64,000 bases of DNA from Dehalococcoidia bacterium (GTDB taxonomy: Bacteria > Chloroflexota > Dehalococcoidia > Bin125). The DNA lies in assembly GCA_963663895.2 (NCBI GenBank), contig CAXXRD010000001.1, positions 64,001 to 128,000 on the forward strand, in the 5' to 3' direction. This document shows positions 40,103 through 54,533 of this stretch, one piece after another. The notes under the pieces were generated by a model. That model did not search any database. It had not been told where the DNA came from and worked only from the letters and a program-made list of their open reading frames with translations. Every line of letters starts with the position of its first letter. Position 1 is the stretch's first letter. The position numbers were made by a program, and so were the translations under genes.

Positions 40103-42112
40103 ATGATGGCGGCGCGACAGGGGCGGCAGCTGCTTGGGGTCGACGTGGGCGGTACGTTCACGGATTTCCTGTTTTGGGATGGCCACCAACTCCGTGTCGA
40201 GAAACGTCCCAGCACCCCGCGCAACCCGGAAGAGGCTGTACTGTCGGGCATTCGCGAGATGGGCTGGCAGCCCGAGGAGGTCGTCCATGGGTCCACTGTC
40301 GCGACCAACGCCCTCCTGACGCGCCGGGGCGCGCGCACCGCGCTCGTGACGACCAAGGGCTTCCGCGACACGCTGATCATCGGGCGGCAGGAACGACCGG
40401 ACATCTATGCGCTCCAGCCCACGAAGCCGCCACCGCTCGTCCCGGATGCACGCCGCTTCGAAGTGTGCGAGCGGATCGCGAGCGACGGCAGCGTGATCGT
40501 GCCGCTGGATGAGGCAGACGTTTCCGCAGTGCTCGATCGCGTCGAGCGGAGCCGGGGTGAGGCGCTCGCCGTTTGCCTCTTGTTCTCCTTCCTCGATCCG
40601 ACCCACGAACGACGTATCGCCGCGGAAGCGCGCAGGCGCGGGATGATGGTCACCGTGTCCCACGAACTCCTGCCGGAGCACCGTGAGTACGAGCGGACCA
40701 GCACGACCGTCGCCAACGCGTATGTCTCGCCCGTGATGGGGCGCTACCTCGGTCGTCTGGCGGAGGGGTTGCGGTCGGAGGGCGGCGGGGGCCGGCTGCG
40801 GATCATGCAATCCAACGGCGGCAGCATCGGCGCGGAACAGGCGTCGAAGGAGGCGGTGCGCACTGTGCTGTCTGGTCCCGCAGGCGGGGTCGCAGGGGCG
40901 CTTCGTGTCGGCCGGGCAGCGGGACACCCAACGGTGATCGCATTCGATATGGGAGGCACATCGACCGACGTGAGCTTCTGCCGCGGTGAGATCGGCGAGC
41001 GCGCCGATCTCACGATCGGCGGCATCCCGATTCGCACTCCGACCGTGGACGTGCATTCCGTTGGAGCGGGCGGGGGCTCGATCGCGTGGATCGACGAAGG
41101 CGGCGCGCTGCGTGTCGGACCGCAAAGTGCGGGCGCCGTGCCCGGACCCGCAGCGTACGGGCATGGGACGACGCCGACGGTGACCGATGCACACATCGTG
41201 CTGAGCCGACTACCAGTCGACCGCTTCCTGGGGGGCGCGATGCCATTGCACAGCGACCGGGCCGAGCGAGCGATCGCCTCGATCGCGGCGCCTTTCAGTG
41301 GCGATACCCGCCGCACAGCACAGGCCGTGATCAGCGTCGTCAATGCCAACATGGCTCGGGCATTACGCCTGATCTCCGTGGAACGGGGGCAGGATCCAGC
41401 GGAGACGGCGCTCGTCGCATTTGGCGGGGCAGGACCCCTCCATGCCTGCGACCTCGCCGAGGAGCTCGGCATCGGAACCGTGATCGTGCCCCAGACCCCG
41501 GGCGTACTCTCGGCGATGGGGATGCTGCAAGCGGACGTGGTCAAGGACGTCGAGCAAGGCCTCGTCCTATATCTCGATCCCGCTGTCAGCGGTACCGTGA
41601 GCGAGTTGGCGCAGACGTTCGAGCGGCTGGAGCAGCGGGCGCGGGAGGCGCTCGCTCTGGAAGGATATCGAAGCCGCGTCCGCATCGAGCGCTGGGCGGA
41701 CTTGCGTTACGCCGGACAGTCGCATGAACTGCGCGTCCGGCTGGGGCGGGGAGTGGCAGGAAGTACGATCCGACGCGCCTTCGCGCTGGCGCACGAGGAG
41801 CGTTTCGGTCACAGCGACGCCGGGCGCGCGATCGAGGTCGTCGTCGCGAGGGTAAAAGCGCGCGCGCCGGGTTTCCGTGTTCCCCTCGGCACCGCCACAC
41901 AGGCCACCGGCGCGGCCGCGCCGGAGCAGCGCACGAGCGTTATCTGGGACCGACCGCGCCGTACGCGCGTCCTTCCGCGTGCAGCCGTCGGCCGGCGCGG
42001 GATTCGGGGGCCGGCCGTCCTGACCCAGATGGATACGACCGTCTTGGTACCGCCTGGATGGCAAGCGACGCCGCAACGCGAGGGGCACCTGATGCTCAGG
42101 AGACGTGCGTGA
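40103..42112 (+). CDS. Hydantoinase A/oxoprolinase family protein
   Basis: GVDVGGTFTD, HGSTVATN, DMGGTSTD, GAGGGS, RYAGQSHE. Confidence 0.93.
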   Translation: MMAARQGRQLLGVDVGGTFTDFLFWDGHQLRVEKRPSTPRNPEEAVLSGIREMGWQPEEVVHGSTVATNALLTRRGARTALVTTKGFRDTLIIGRQERPDIYALQPTKPPPLVPDARRFEVCERIASDGSVIVPLDEADVSAVLDRVERSRGEALAVCLLFSFLDPTHERRIAAEARRRGMMVTVSHELLPEHREYERTSTTVANAYVSPVMGRYLGRLAEGLRSEGGGGRLRIMQSNGGSIGAEQASKEAVRTVLSGPAGGVAGALRVGRAAGHPTVIAFDMGGTSTDVSFCRGEIGERADLTIGGIPIRTPTVDVHSVGAGGGSIAWIDEGGALRVGPQSAGAVPGPAAYGHGTTPTVTDAHIVLSRLPVDRFLGGAMPLHSDRAERAIASIAAPFSGDTRRTAQAVISVVNANMARALRLISVERGQDPAETALVAFGGAGPLHACDLAEELGIGTVIVPQTPGVLSAMGMLQADVVKDVEQGLVLYLDPAVSGTVSELAQTFERLEQRAREALALEGYRSRVRIERWADLRYAGQSHELRVRLGRGVAGSTIRRAFALAHEERFGHSDAGRAIEVVVARVKARAPGFRVPLGTATQATGAAAPEQRTSVIWDRPRRTRVLPRAAVGRRGIRGPAVLTQMDTTVLVPPGWQATPQREGHLMLRRRA

Positions 42113-42540
42113 AAGCCGTTGTCGTGATCGAGAGTAGCGGCGCCACGGATCAACTCGCCCGGCGTGTCGCCCAGCAGCTGCCAGGCCCGGCGGTGCATGT
42201 GCCATTCGAAACGTTAGCGACGGAGTGGGTAATCGCACCCCCAGCAGACGCCACAGCCGCAGCGTCGACCGCCGCAATGATGGCCAAACTTCTGGTGGCC
42301 GGCTACGTCAAAGGGGGCTTTAGCGTCGTGCTGCATGGCCCACTTGGAGCAGGCGACGCCACGGCGGGCAAAGAGATCGTGCGGCTGATGCGCGCCGCCC
42401 GCGGCGTGCGCACGCTGCACGTCCATTCGGGAATCGCTCAGTCAGCGCTGGAACTCCAGCTCGATCCCGCGACGACGGACGTGGCATCCGCCGCCGCGGC
42501 GATCATCGCGTGCGTCCATGCGGATCTTGCCCATGGCTAG
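42109..42540 (+). CDS. Hypothetical protein, possibly a degenerate P-loop kinase fold
   Basis: Overlaps both flanking genes (translational coupling). AVVVIESSGATDQLARRVA sits where a Walker A would be. Confidence 0.6.
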   Translation: MKAVVVIESSGATDQLARRVAQQLPGPAVHVPFETLATEWVIAPPADATAAASTAAMMAKLLVAGYVKGGFSVVLHGPLGAGDATAGKEIVRLMRAARGVRTLHVHSGIAQSALELQLDPATTDVASAAAAIIACVHADLAHG

Positions 42541-44203
42541 GACGCGCCGCCGAGCGAGCGAATCACTCGACCCCGCGCGGCTGTCGATCATTGATTCCCT
42601 TGTCTCGTCGGTCGCCGAAGAGATGGGAGCGAACCTGCGGCACACGGCTCTCTCTCCCAACATTAAAGAGCGTCGGGACTACAGCTGCGCCGTCTTTGAT
42701 GCCGAGGGGAATCTGCTCGCGCAAGCAGCCCACATTCCTGTCCATCTTGGCGCGATCCCGGAATCCGTGCGGGCCGTCGCAGAGCTGGCGCCTTTCCGTC
42801 CCGGCGACCTCGCGGTCCTCAACGACCCCTTTCTCGGCGGCACCCATCTGCCGGACGTGACGATGGTCTCTCCCGTTTTCGGAAGCAGCCGACGGCGAAC
42901 GCTCATTGGATTTGTGGCGAGCCGCGCGCACCAAGCAGATATCGGGGGGATGGCGCCGGGCTCCATGCCAGTGGCCCGCGAGCTGATCCAGGAAGGGTTG
43001 ATCATTCCACCCGTCCGACTGTATCGCGCCGGAGAGTTGGTACCAGAGACGCTGGCGTTGATCTTGCGGAACGTGCGCACGCCGGACGAGCGCCGCGGGG
43101 ATCTGGCTGCACAGGTAGCAGCGCACCGGATCGGCGAGCGGCGGCTGGCGGCGCTCGCCGAACGCATCGGCCTCCAAGCGTTCCGGCGAGCATCACACGC
43201 GCTTCTGAACTACGGCGAGCGGCTGGCCCGCGAAGCGCTGCGCGACTTCCCGCCCGGTACGTACGCTTTCCACGATCACCTCGACAGCGACGGTGTACGT
43301 GAGGGCGCCGTCTCGATCATGCTCCGGTTGACGATCGAGCCGGGCGGGTGGCATCTGGACTTCAGCGGCTCCGCAAAGCAGCGAGCAGCATCCATCAACG
43401 CAGTCGCGGCGGTTACCCGCTCTGCGGCGTACTATGTGCTCCGCTGTCTGCTCCCCTCCGAGACGCCTACCAATAGCGGCCTCTTTCGGCAGATCCGGTT
43501 CACGCTCCCAGAGGGATCGGTAGTGAATGCCCGGCCACCTGTCGCGGTGGCTGCCGGGAACGTCGAAACGAGCCAGCGGATCGTCGACGTGATCTGGGGC
43601 GCGCTCGCCCAGGCGCTCCCCACGCGGATCCCCGCCGCATCAAGTGGCACGATGAACAACCTGGCGGCTGGGGGCATCGACCCGTCCACGGGGCATTCCT
43701 GGGCATATTACGAAACGATAGGAGGGGGACACGGGGGGGGACCGGGCGGGCCTGGGATCGCGGCCACGCAAAGTCACATGACGAACACGCTCAACACGCC
43801 CGTCGAAGAGCTGGAACTGTCCTACCCGATGCGGGTACGCAGCAACCGCGTGCGGCGGGGCAGTGGCGGTCGCGGGATACAGCGCGGCGGCGATGGGCTG
43901 ATACGCTGCACGGAATTCCTGGCCCCGACAACGGTGACGATCATCAGTGAGCGACGAGAAGCGGCGCCTTGGGGCCTAGCTGGCGGCGCTCCGGGGAAGC
44001 CCGGCCAGAACTGGCACACGCACACCGGGCGGCGGCGGCGCCTGCCAGGCAAGTGCGTCGTCTCTGTCGAAGAGGGCGACATCATCTGCATCGCGACTCC
44101 GGGTGGAGGGGGCTGGGGGACGCCCGCGCCCCGGGCTCGTGGGGCAGCCAGTACACTGAATGAGGCGGAAGAGCATCAGGATGCCAGATCGACTGGAACG
44201 TGA
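42533..44203 (+). CDS. Hydantoinase B/oxoprolinase family protein
   Basis: SPNIKERRDYSC, HIPVHLG, GGTHLPD, HMTNTLNTPVE, TPGGGGWG. Confidence 0.93.
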   Translation: MARTRRRASESLDPARLSIIDSLVSSVAEEMGANLRHTALSPNIKERRDYSCAVFDAEGNLLAQAAHIPVHLGAIPESVRAVAELAPFRPGDLAVLNDPFLGGTHLPDVTMVSPVFGSSRRRTLIGFVASRAHQADIGGMAPGSMPVARELIQEGLIIPPVRLYRAGELVPETLALILRNVRTPDERRGDLAAQVAAHRIGERRLAALAERIGLQAFRRASHALLNYGERLAREALRDFPPGTYAFHDHLDSDGVREGAVSIMLRLTIEPGGWHLDFSGSAKQRAASINAVAAVTRSAAYYVLRCLLPSETPTNSGLFRQIRFTLPEGSVVNARPPVAVAAGNVETSQRIVDVIWGALAQALPTRIPAASSGTMNNLAAGGIDPSTGHSWAYYETIGGGHGGGPGGPGIAATQSHMTNTLNTPVEELELSYPMRVRSNRVRRGSGGRGIQRGGDGLIRCTEFLAPTTVTIISERREAAPWGLAGGAPGKPGQNWHTHTGRRRRLPGKCVVSVEEGDIICIATPGGGGWGTPAPRARGAASTLNEAEEHQDARSTGT

Positions 44204-44608
44204 GATCGAGGATGTCCTCAGCAAGGTTGAGGACTTCGAGTGGCACCGCCGTCGTCGCCGATCGCGGCGCCTGCTGCGAGCACTCCGCCCGCAGCGTCCG
44301 CACTTCCCGATCTCCGAACCGGCCAATAATCCGCTGGCAGCGTATACGCGCCGAATTGGTCCCCGGGCATCTCATGCTTGCCGGATTCCTTCTCGTCCTT
44401 GTGTCCCTGGTCTTCGGTGGCTTCGACGGCATCTGGCGCGGGCTCGTGGTGGCGGGCATCGCCCTCGCCTTACTGGGCGTGGCGTGGAGCGCACGGAGGC
44501 CGCACCGACCCGCGCGCAGGCAGCGGGGGGGTTGGTGGCGGGACCGTTACATCACCTACGACGATCCCGAATCGCCCAGCCGCCCCTTTTTGGCGGCGAC
44601 GGCGCTAG
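44181..44608 (+). pseudogene. Small membrane protein, frameshifted (likely sequencing indels)
   Basis: MPDRLEREIEDVL..., then ...PGHLMLAGFLLVLVSLVF...WWRDRYITYDD in a second frame, then PFWRRRR* in a third frame across a T homopolymer. Confidence 0.55.
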
Positions 44609-44663
44609 CTACCTGCGCTCTTCCCAACACCTGCCCCACCGGCTGCAAGCCTCAGCCGCGCTG

Positions 44664-46092
44664 ATGGTAAGCCTGGCCTTGCTGTTGACCGCTTGCGCCA
44701 GCACCTCGCAGACGCCGACCGGCGAGCAAGAGACAGCGACGGACTCTCTTGATAGGGCCGAGTTCGCGAAGGGCCCCGTCCGCGACGACGAGTCGACGGC
44801 AGCGCCAGCTCCAGCATTTGCGCCCCAGCGACCCGCAGCGCCGGAACCGGATCCAGATAGGCGTGCGGCCGGAGTTCGGCGGATCCACAGCCCTTTGATT
44901 TCGACCATGCACTCGGGGTGTTGCGACACCTTGCCGTCGAAATCGGCCCCCGTGCGCAAACGACCGCTGCTGAACGAGCCGGCGGCAGATTACATCGCGG
45001 AACAGTTCCAGTCCTTCGGCTACGAAGTAGAGATACAGCCCTTCCCGCTACGGATCACCGAACTCGGCGACGCGGCTTTGTCGGTGAACGGACGGGCGAT
45101 CGCCACGCGTCCATTCGGGGGATCAGTGGGAGGCGTAGCCAGCGGCCCGCTCATCGTGGTACCCGGACTCGGGGCGGCGGCAGACTACGCGGGTCTCGAC
45201 GCGAGCGGTGCAGTCGTGCTCGTAGAGCGCGGGGGGCTCTTCTTTCAAGACAAGGTTGCCAATGCGCAGGTCGCAGGGGCCACCGCGATCGTGATCTACA
45301 ACAACGAACCGGGTCGCTTCGATGGCGCTCTCTCCAACGGCACCACGATCCCCGCGGTCGCGATCGCTCGTGAAGACGGGCCTCGCCCTGCGGTTCAGTA
45401 ACCGAGCGGACGCCGTAGTTAGCGTGGAAGGCAGCAGCCAGGTGCGCGAGTCACAGAACGTACTCGCACGGACTGCGGGCGGGCGGTGTGAGATCTACGT
45501 GGGCGGCCACTACGACACCGTGCCTGATGTCGCGGGAGCAAACGACAACGCCAGTGGCACGGCGCTGGTCATCGAGCTCGCGCGCGCTTACTCCGGCAGC
45601 GAAGGAGCCGATGTCGTGTGCTTCGCTGCATTCGGAGCTGAGGAAAGCGGCGGCGGGAGCCTAGGGCTGGCCGGGAGCCGTTTCTTAGCGCAGCAAATCG
45701 AAACTCGCGGGGAGACGAAGCAGGTGCGAGCGATGCTGAACTTGGATGTTGCCGCCGCCGGCAACTCGATCATGCTGGTCGGCTCACCCTCGCTCACCAC
45801 CATGGGGTTGCCACTCGCACGGTCGTTCGCGCGCGGAGGGGGCGCAGGACCGCTCCCTCCCGAAGTCGGGTCGGATCACCTGAGCTTCGACGCGATCGGC
45901 ATCCCCGTGATCTTCCCCTTTGTGACCGGCGCCACGATTCACGTCCCGAGCGACAATTTCATGAACGTCGAGTGGGATCTGTTCGCGGAGATGGGAGCAT
46001 TAGCGCACGGGCTGTTACGCTGCCTCATCGCACAAGAGGGTCGCTCGCCGCTCTCCGGCGAAGCCTGTCTGGAGCTGAGCGCCGCAGCATGA
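44664..46092 (+). pseudogene. M28 aminopeptidase lipoprotein with a PA domain, frameshifted
   Basis: LLTAC lipobox; LRHLAVEIGPR, AADYIAEQF, ERGGLFFQDK, GGHYDTV, GANDNASG, AEE, NLD and SDH are spread over three frames. Confidence 0.8.
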
Positions 46093-46172
46093 GGACCTTC
46101 CCTCGGCAGGCGCGTTGAGTGGTCGGCGCGCGCCCATCTACACTCGAAACAGGCGGCCCGGAAGGGACAGGC

Positions 46173-46811
46173 GTGCGGTTCGGGTTCATCGGCCTCGTAG
46201 TCGGCTCTCTGGCCCTCCTCAGTGCCTGTGGTAGTGATGCCCCCGCTCCTTTCGCCACCGAGCAAGACGACGAGCTTGCACCCGAGACGACCGACATCCC
46301 CGTCGAGCCCTTCCCGGAAACGCTGCCCGAGCCGTTCATCATCCGCGAGAATGAAGCCGCTGGCGCGGAAAGCCAGGAGCCGACCACCGAGGTCCTGTAT
46401 GAGATCCAGCCCGGCGACACCCTAGCCACCATCGCCGAGCAGTTCGGAACCACAACCGCGGCGATCCAACGGTTAAACGGCATCGCAGACCCTTCCATTT
46501 TGCAGGTCGGAGACATCCTGCGAATCCCCGTCACCTCAGAGCGGGTCGCGGCGACCACCGATGAGGACGGGCTGCCTATCGAGGAGGAAGAATTGCCGGG
46601 GGAGCCGTACACGATCCAGCCGGGCGACACGTTGATCGACATTGGGGTCACGTTCGGCATCGACTACCTCGAGATCGCCGCGCACAACAACCTCACCGAG
46701 TTCGAGATCGAGAACCTGCAGGTCGGACAGGTGATTATCATCCCGCCGCTAACAGACGATGAGACGGACTCCGAAGCAGAAGAGGACGTGCCGAGCGAGC
46801 CCCCTGGCTAG
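46173..46811 (+). CDS. LysM-domain lipoprotein (2 LysM)
   Basis: LLSAC lipobox; YEIQPGDTLATIA and YTIQPGDTLIDI. Confidence 0.9.
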   Translation: MRFGFIGLVVGSLALLSACGSDAPAPFATEQDDELAPETTDIPVEPFPETLPEPFIIRENEAAGAESQEPTTEVLYEIQPGDTLATIAEQFGTTTAAIQRLNGIADPSILQVGDILRIPVTSERVAATTDEDGLPIEEEELPGEPYTIQPGDTLIDIGVTFGIDYLEIAAHNNLTEFEIENLQVGQVIIIPPLTDDETDSEAEEDVPSEPPG

Positions 46812-46981
46812 GACTTCCTGCCCGTTGCGCAGCGCACACTCCTGCACCGCAGCGGTAGCGAAGTTTCTAGCCGCTACAACGCCTTGTGATAGTCTGCTTG
46901 GCGGTGTGGGCCCGCTTCGCGCTGGGCAACACGGCGACGGTTTCGGCTCGCTTCCCGTCCGGCCAAGGAGTACCGAGCAGC

Positions 46982-48589
46982 ATGGCCATGAGTGGGATCG
47001 AGACACAGCCCTCGACGGACGACTCGAGTGTGGATCCGCGCACTATCGAGGGCAAGCTCGCGGAACTCGATCGCCGCAAGGCAGAGAGTCGTGCCGGTGG
47101 GGGCGAGAAAGCGGTCGCGCGCCAGCGCGAGCGCGGAAAGCTAACGGCGCACGAGCGCTTGGAAATCCTATTCGACGACGGCACGTTCGAAGAGGTAGAC
47201 GCGCTTGTCACGCACCGCACGTCACGGTTCGGGCTCGGTAAGCAGCGTCACCCCGGGGACGCCATGGTGACCGGCCATGGAGAGATCGACGGCCGACTCA
47301 CCTTCGCATACGCGCAGGATTTCACGGTCCTCGGCGGTTCGCTCTCCGAGGTTGCCGCAGAAAAGGTCGTCAAAGTCCAAGACCTCTCCATGAAAGTCGG
47401 CGCGCCCATCATCGCTTTGAACGACGGCGGCGGCGCGCGGATCCAGGAGGGCGTAGCGTCGCTGCGGGGCTATGGCGATCTCTTCCTCCGCAACACCCTG
47501 GCATCCGGCGTCGTGCCGCAGATCGGTGTCAGCATGGGCCCGAACGCCGGCGGCGGCGTTTACTCCCCGGCAATCATGGACTTCATCTTCATGGTCGACG
47601 GCATCGGCCAGATGTACATCACTGGGCCCGATGTCATCCGTGCGGTCAGCGGCGAAGAGGTCACGCACGAGGACCTCGGCGGCGCAAGGACCCATGCGAG
47701 TAAGAGCGGCGTCGCCCATTTTGTCATCGGTGGTGAAGAAGCCACGATCGAGACAGTGCGGACCCTGCTCTCGTACCTGCCCGCTACCAACATGGAAGAC
47801 CCGCCTTACCTCGACCTCGGCGACGATCCCGAGCGCCGCAACGACGACTTTCTCGACCTTGTTCCCGTCGATTCCATGCAGGCCTACGACGTGCGGGACG
47901 TGATCCGCGGCATCGTAGACAACGGCGAGTTCTTGGAAGTCCACGCCCAATGGGCGCGCAATATCTCCGTCGGCTTCGGACGAATGGGCGGGCACACTGT
48001 CGGCTTGGTCGGCAATGCGCCGGATGCGCTTGCCGGGGTGCTAGACATTGATGCCTCACGCAAGGCGGCGCGCTTCGTACGCTTCTGTGACTGCTTCAAC
48101 ATCCCTCTCGTGACGCTGGTGGACGTCCCCGGATTCCTACCGGGGACGCAGCAGGAATACGGCGGCATCATCACGCACGGCGCGAAGCTGCTCTACGCCT
48201 ACGCCGAGGCGACCGTGCCCAAGATATCCGTGACGCTACGCAAGGCGTACGGCGGCGCTCACATCGTGATGAGCAGCAAGTACTTAGGAAGCGATGTGAA
48301 CCTCGCCTGGCCCACCGCCGAGATCGCCGTGATGGGAGCGGAGGGGGCCGTCAACGTGATCCACCGGCGCGCAATCGCCGAGGCAGACGACATCGACAGC
48401 ACTCGTGCCCGTCTGATCGCGGAATTCGAGGCGGAGTTCTCCAATCCCTATCAGGCCGCGCAGCTCGGCTACGTCGATGATGTCGTCGATCCGCGCGACA
48501 CGCGGCGCCGCGTCATCACAGCGCTGCGTATGCTGGCACGGAAGTCGGAGAGCTTGCCGCCGAAAAAGCACGGGAACATCCCGCTCTAA
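46982..48589 (+). CDS. Acyl-CoA carboxylase carboxyltransferase (PccB-like)
   Basis: QDFTVLGGSL, GGARIQEG, DVPGFLPG, KKHGNIPL. Confidence 0.95.
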   Translation: MAMSGIETQPSTDDSSVDPRTIEGKLAELDRRKAESRAGGGEKAVARQRERGKLTAHERLEILFDDGTFEEVDALVTHRTSRFGLGKQRHPGDAMVTGHGEIDGRLTFAYAQDFTVLGGSLSEVAAEKVVKVQDLSMKVGAPIIALNDGGGARIQEGVASLRGYGDLFLRNTLASGVVPQIGVSMGPNAGGGVYSPAIMDFIFMVDGIGQMYITGPDVIRAVSGEEVTHEDLGGARTHASKSGVAHFVIGGEEATIETVRTLLSYLPATNMEDPPYLDLGDDPERRNDDFLDLVPVDSMQAYDVRDVIRGIVDNGEFLEVHAQWARNISVGFGRMGGHTVGLVGNAPDALAGVLDIDASRKAARFVRFCDCFNIPLVTLVDVPGFLPGTQQEYGGIITHGAKLLYAYAEATVPKISVTLRKAYGGAHIVMSSKYLGSDVNLAWPTAEIAVMGAEGAVNVIHRRAIAEADDIDSTRARLIAEFEAEFSNPYQAAQLGYVDDVVDPRDTRRRVITALRMLARKSESLPPKKHGNIPL

Positions 48590-48645
48590 CCTCACGCGAG
48601 CCGCGACTGGCGGCACCGCAGTGCAGCGGACGAGGAGGAACACGC

Positions 48646-51901
<3,256 letters not shown>

Positions 51902-51934
51902 CTCCACGACTCTCAAGGGATTGAGAAGGACACG

Positions 51935-53323
51935 ATGAGCGACATGCGAACCGAGAGTGACAGCCTGGGCGAGGTACATGTCCCAGCCGACAGTTACTGG
52001 GGCGCACAGACCCAACGCTCGCTGCAGAACTTCAAGATCGGCGACGAGCGCATGCCGCGCCCCCTGATCCGAGCCCTTGGGATTGTGAAGCACGCGTCGG
52101 CCTCCGCCAACGAGGCCCTGGGCAAGCTCGACGCCAAACGCGCTCACGCTATTCGTCAAGCGGCCCAGGAAGTGATCGACGGCACGTTGGACGATCACTT
52201 CCCATTGGTGGTCTGGCAGACCGGCTCGGGCACCCAAACCAATATGAACGCGAATGAGGTGATCGCGAACCGCGCCATTGTGCTGCTCGGCGGCACGATG
52301 GGAACGAAGGATCCGGTGCACCCAAACGATCACGTGAATATGTCGCAGTCCTCCAACGATGTCTTTCCCGGCGCGATGTCCGTCGCCACTGCCGAGCAAG
52401 TCGCGAATCACCTCATCCCTGGGCTCTCACATCTCCATGCAGCGCTGGCTGCCAAGTCGAAGGATTTCGCCTCGATCGTGAAGATCGGTCGCACCCATCT
52501 GATGGACGCGGTGCCGCTGACCCTGGGACAAGAGTTCTCCGGCTACGCCCAGCAGGTTGCCTACGGGATCCAGCGCGTGGAGTCGACCTTACCGCGGCTG
52601 TCGGAACTCGCGCTGGGAGGCACGGCGGTGGGGACAGGGCTGAACTCGCATCCCGAATACCCGGAGCGAGTGGCCGCGGAGATCTCCAAGCTCACGGCTA
52701 TGCCGTTCATCACGGCGCCCAACAAGTTTGAGTCGCTTGCTGCGCACGACGCGCAGGTCGAGTTGGCAGGTCAGCTCAAGACGGTAGCCGCCTCGTTGAT
52801 GAAGGTAGCCAACGACGTGCGGCTGCTGGGCTCAGGTCCCCGAGCGGGAATCGGCGAGCTTCTGCTGCCCGCCAACGAACCTGGAAGCTCGATTATGCCG
52901 GGCAAGGTCAACCCCACCCAATCCGAAGCGCTGACGATGGTCTGCGCACAAGTCATGGGGAACGACGTTACGGTCGGGGTAGGCGGAGCAACGGGGCATT
53001 TCGAGCTCAACGTCTTCAAGCCCGTCATCGCCTATAACAACCTGCAAAGCATTCGCCTGCTGGGCGATGCCGCTATCTCCTTTGCGGACAATTGCGTCGC
53101 CGGCATCGAAGCCAACAGGGATCGGATCGACGAGCTCATGCGCTCGTCGCTCATGTTGGTCACCGCGCTCAACCCCCATATTGGCTACGACAACGCGGCC
53201 AAGGTGGCCAAAAAGGCCTACGCTGAGCAGAAGACGTTGAAAGAGGCTGCCGTCGAACTCGGGCTACTTGCCGCCGATCAGTTCGACGAATGGGTCCGTC
53301 CGGAAGAGATGACCCATCCGTAA
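51935..53323 (+). CDS. fumC: Fumarate hydratase class II
   Basis: [28 protein letters not shown]. Confidence 0.97.
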   Translation: MSDMRTESDSLGEVHVPADSYWGAQTQRSLQNFKIGDERMPRPLIRALGIVKHASASANEALGKLDAKRAHAIRQAAQEVIDGTLDDHFPLVVWQTGSGTQTNMNANEVIANRAIVLLGGTMGTKDPVHPNDHVNMSQSSNDVFPGAMSVATAEQVANHLIPGLSHLHAALAAKSKDFASIVKIGRTHLMDAVPLTLGQEFSGYAQQVAYGIQRVESTLPRLSELALGGTAVGTGLNSHPEYPERVAAEISKLTAMPFITAPNKFESLAAHDAQVELAGQLKTVAASLMKVANDVRLLGSGPRAGIGELLLPANEPGSSIMPGKVNPTQSEALTMVCAQVMGNDVTVGVGGATGHFELNVFKPVIAYNNLQSIRLLGDAAISFADNCVAGIEANRDRIDELMRSSLMLVTALNPHIGYDNAAKVAKKAYAEQKTLKEAAVELGLLAADQFDEWVRPEEMTHP

Positions 53324-53390
53324 AAGCCGGTAGCACTTCGCCGCGCTGGCGAGCGCGGCGGCGGAACTCACGCCCCCTGGAGGTGCCACG

Positions 53391-53870
53391 ATGGCCAAAC
53401 GCCGGGCAGAGATCACTATGACGGAGGCGGAGCAACGCGCCTTCCTGGAAGCGGCCATCGCGGCAGGAGTCACAGTGACGTTCGCCTCCATCGACCGGAA
53501 CGGCTACCCGCACCTCGTGGCGATGTGGGCGATGCTGAAAGACGGCCTGTTGCACTTCACCGGCTATCGCAAGTCGCAGAAGATCCTCAATCTCAAGCGC
53601 AACCCCAAGATCACCTGCATGCTGGAACTCGGCGACGCCTACGACCAAGTGCGCGGCCTAGTAATCCAAGGCCGCGCGGAAATCATTGAGGATCCCGAAC
53701 TCTCCCGCGAATTGATGATGGTGATCGGCGGGAGCAAGGACCCAAATCATCCGATGGGGAGCGCGTCCGAGGAGAAGATCATGGCGGTGGCGCGCAAGCG
53801 GTCCTGCGTACGGGTGCATCCAGAGCACGTTTACTCTTGGGATCACCGCAAGCTCGGGGGCACCTACTGA
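53391..53870 (+). CDS. PNPOx-like/F420-dependent flavin oxidoreductase (copy 1)
   Basis: GYPHLVAMW, KSQKILNLKRNPK, SWDHRKLGGTY. Confidence 0.87.
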   Translation: MAKRRAEITMTEAEQRAFLEAAIAAGVTVTFASIDRNGYPHLVAMWAMLKDGLLHFTGYRKSQKILNLKRNPKITCMLELGDAYDQVRGLVIQGRAEIIEDPELSRELMMVIGGSKDPNHPMGSASEEKIMAVARKRSCVRVHPEHVYSWDHRKLGGTY

Positions 53871-53949
53871 CTTATTCCCAGTATCTGTCAGATCACGAAC
53901 TCGCTAGCATTCATCGGATTCCACTACAGCCATCCAGAGGAGGCAGGGC

Positions 53950-54429
53950 ATGGCCAAGCGCCGCAACGAGATCGCGATGACCCCAGAGGAGGCCGAAGCA
54001 TTTCTCCAAGAGTGCTCGAAACCAGGCCATTCCCTCGAGGTCGCGTCGATTGGCCCTAACGGTTATCCGCACCAAGTCGCAATGTGGTACACGCTCATCG
54101 ACGACAAGATCCACTTCACGTCCTACGCCAAGGCGCAGAAGGTCTTGAATCTCCAGCGCCATCCAAAGATCTCCTGCATGGTGGAGAAGGGCGACAGGTA
54201 CGCCGAGCTTCGCGGCTTAGTGATCGAAGGCGAGGCGGAGATCATCGACGACCCTGAAACAGTTTTTCGCGTCCTCAAGGAATCCTCCGCCAACCACGCC
54301 GAGGGGAACCCCATGCACGCCGCACCGGACGAGCAAAAGCGCAAGGTGGCGAGTAAGCGCGTCGCCATCAAAGTGAATCCCGTGAACGTCTTTTCCTGGG
54401 ATCATCGCAAGCTCGGAGGCTCGTACTAG
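53950..54429 (+). CDS. PNPOx-like/F420-dependent flavin oxidoreductase (copy 2)
   Basis: GYPHQVAMW, KAQKVLNLQRHPK, SWDHRKLGGSY. Confidence 0.87.
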   Translation: MAKRRNEIAMTPEEAEAFLQECSKPGHSLEVASIGPNGYPHQVAMWYTLIDDKIHFTSYAKAQKVLNLQRHPKISCMVEKGDRYAELRGLVIEGEAEIIDDPETVFRVLKESSANHAEGNPMHAAPDEQKRKVASKRVAIKVNPVNVFSWDHRKLGGSY

Positions 54430-54533
54430 CCTCTACGGGTATGCCGAAAACCTCCTTGGGCCCACTGCCTGCCCCGACTGGGTCTACTTAGATCCCATTT
54501 ATGTCAAATATTGGCAATGGATGCATCTGAGAC

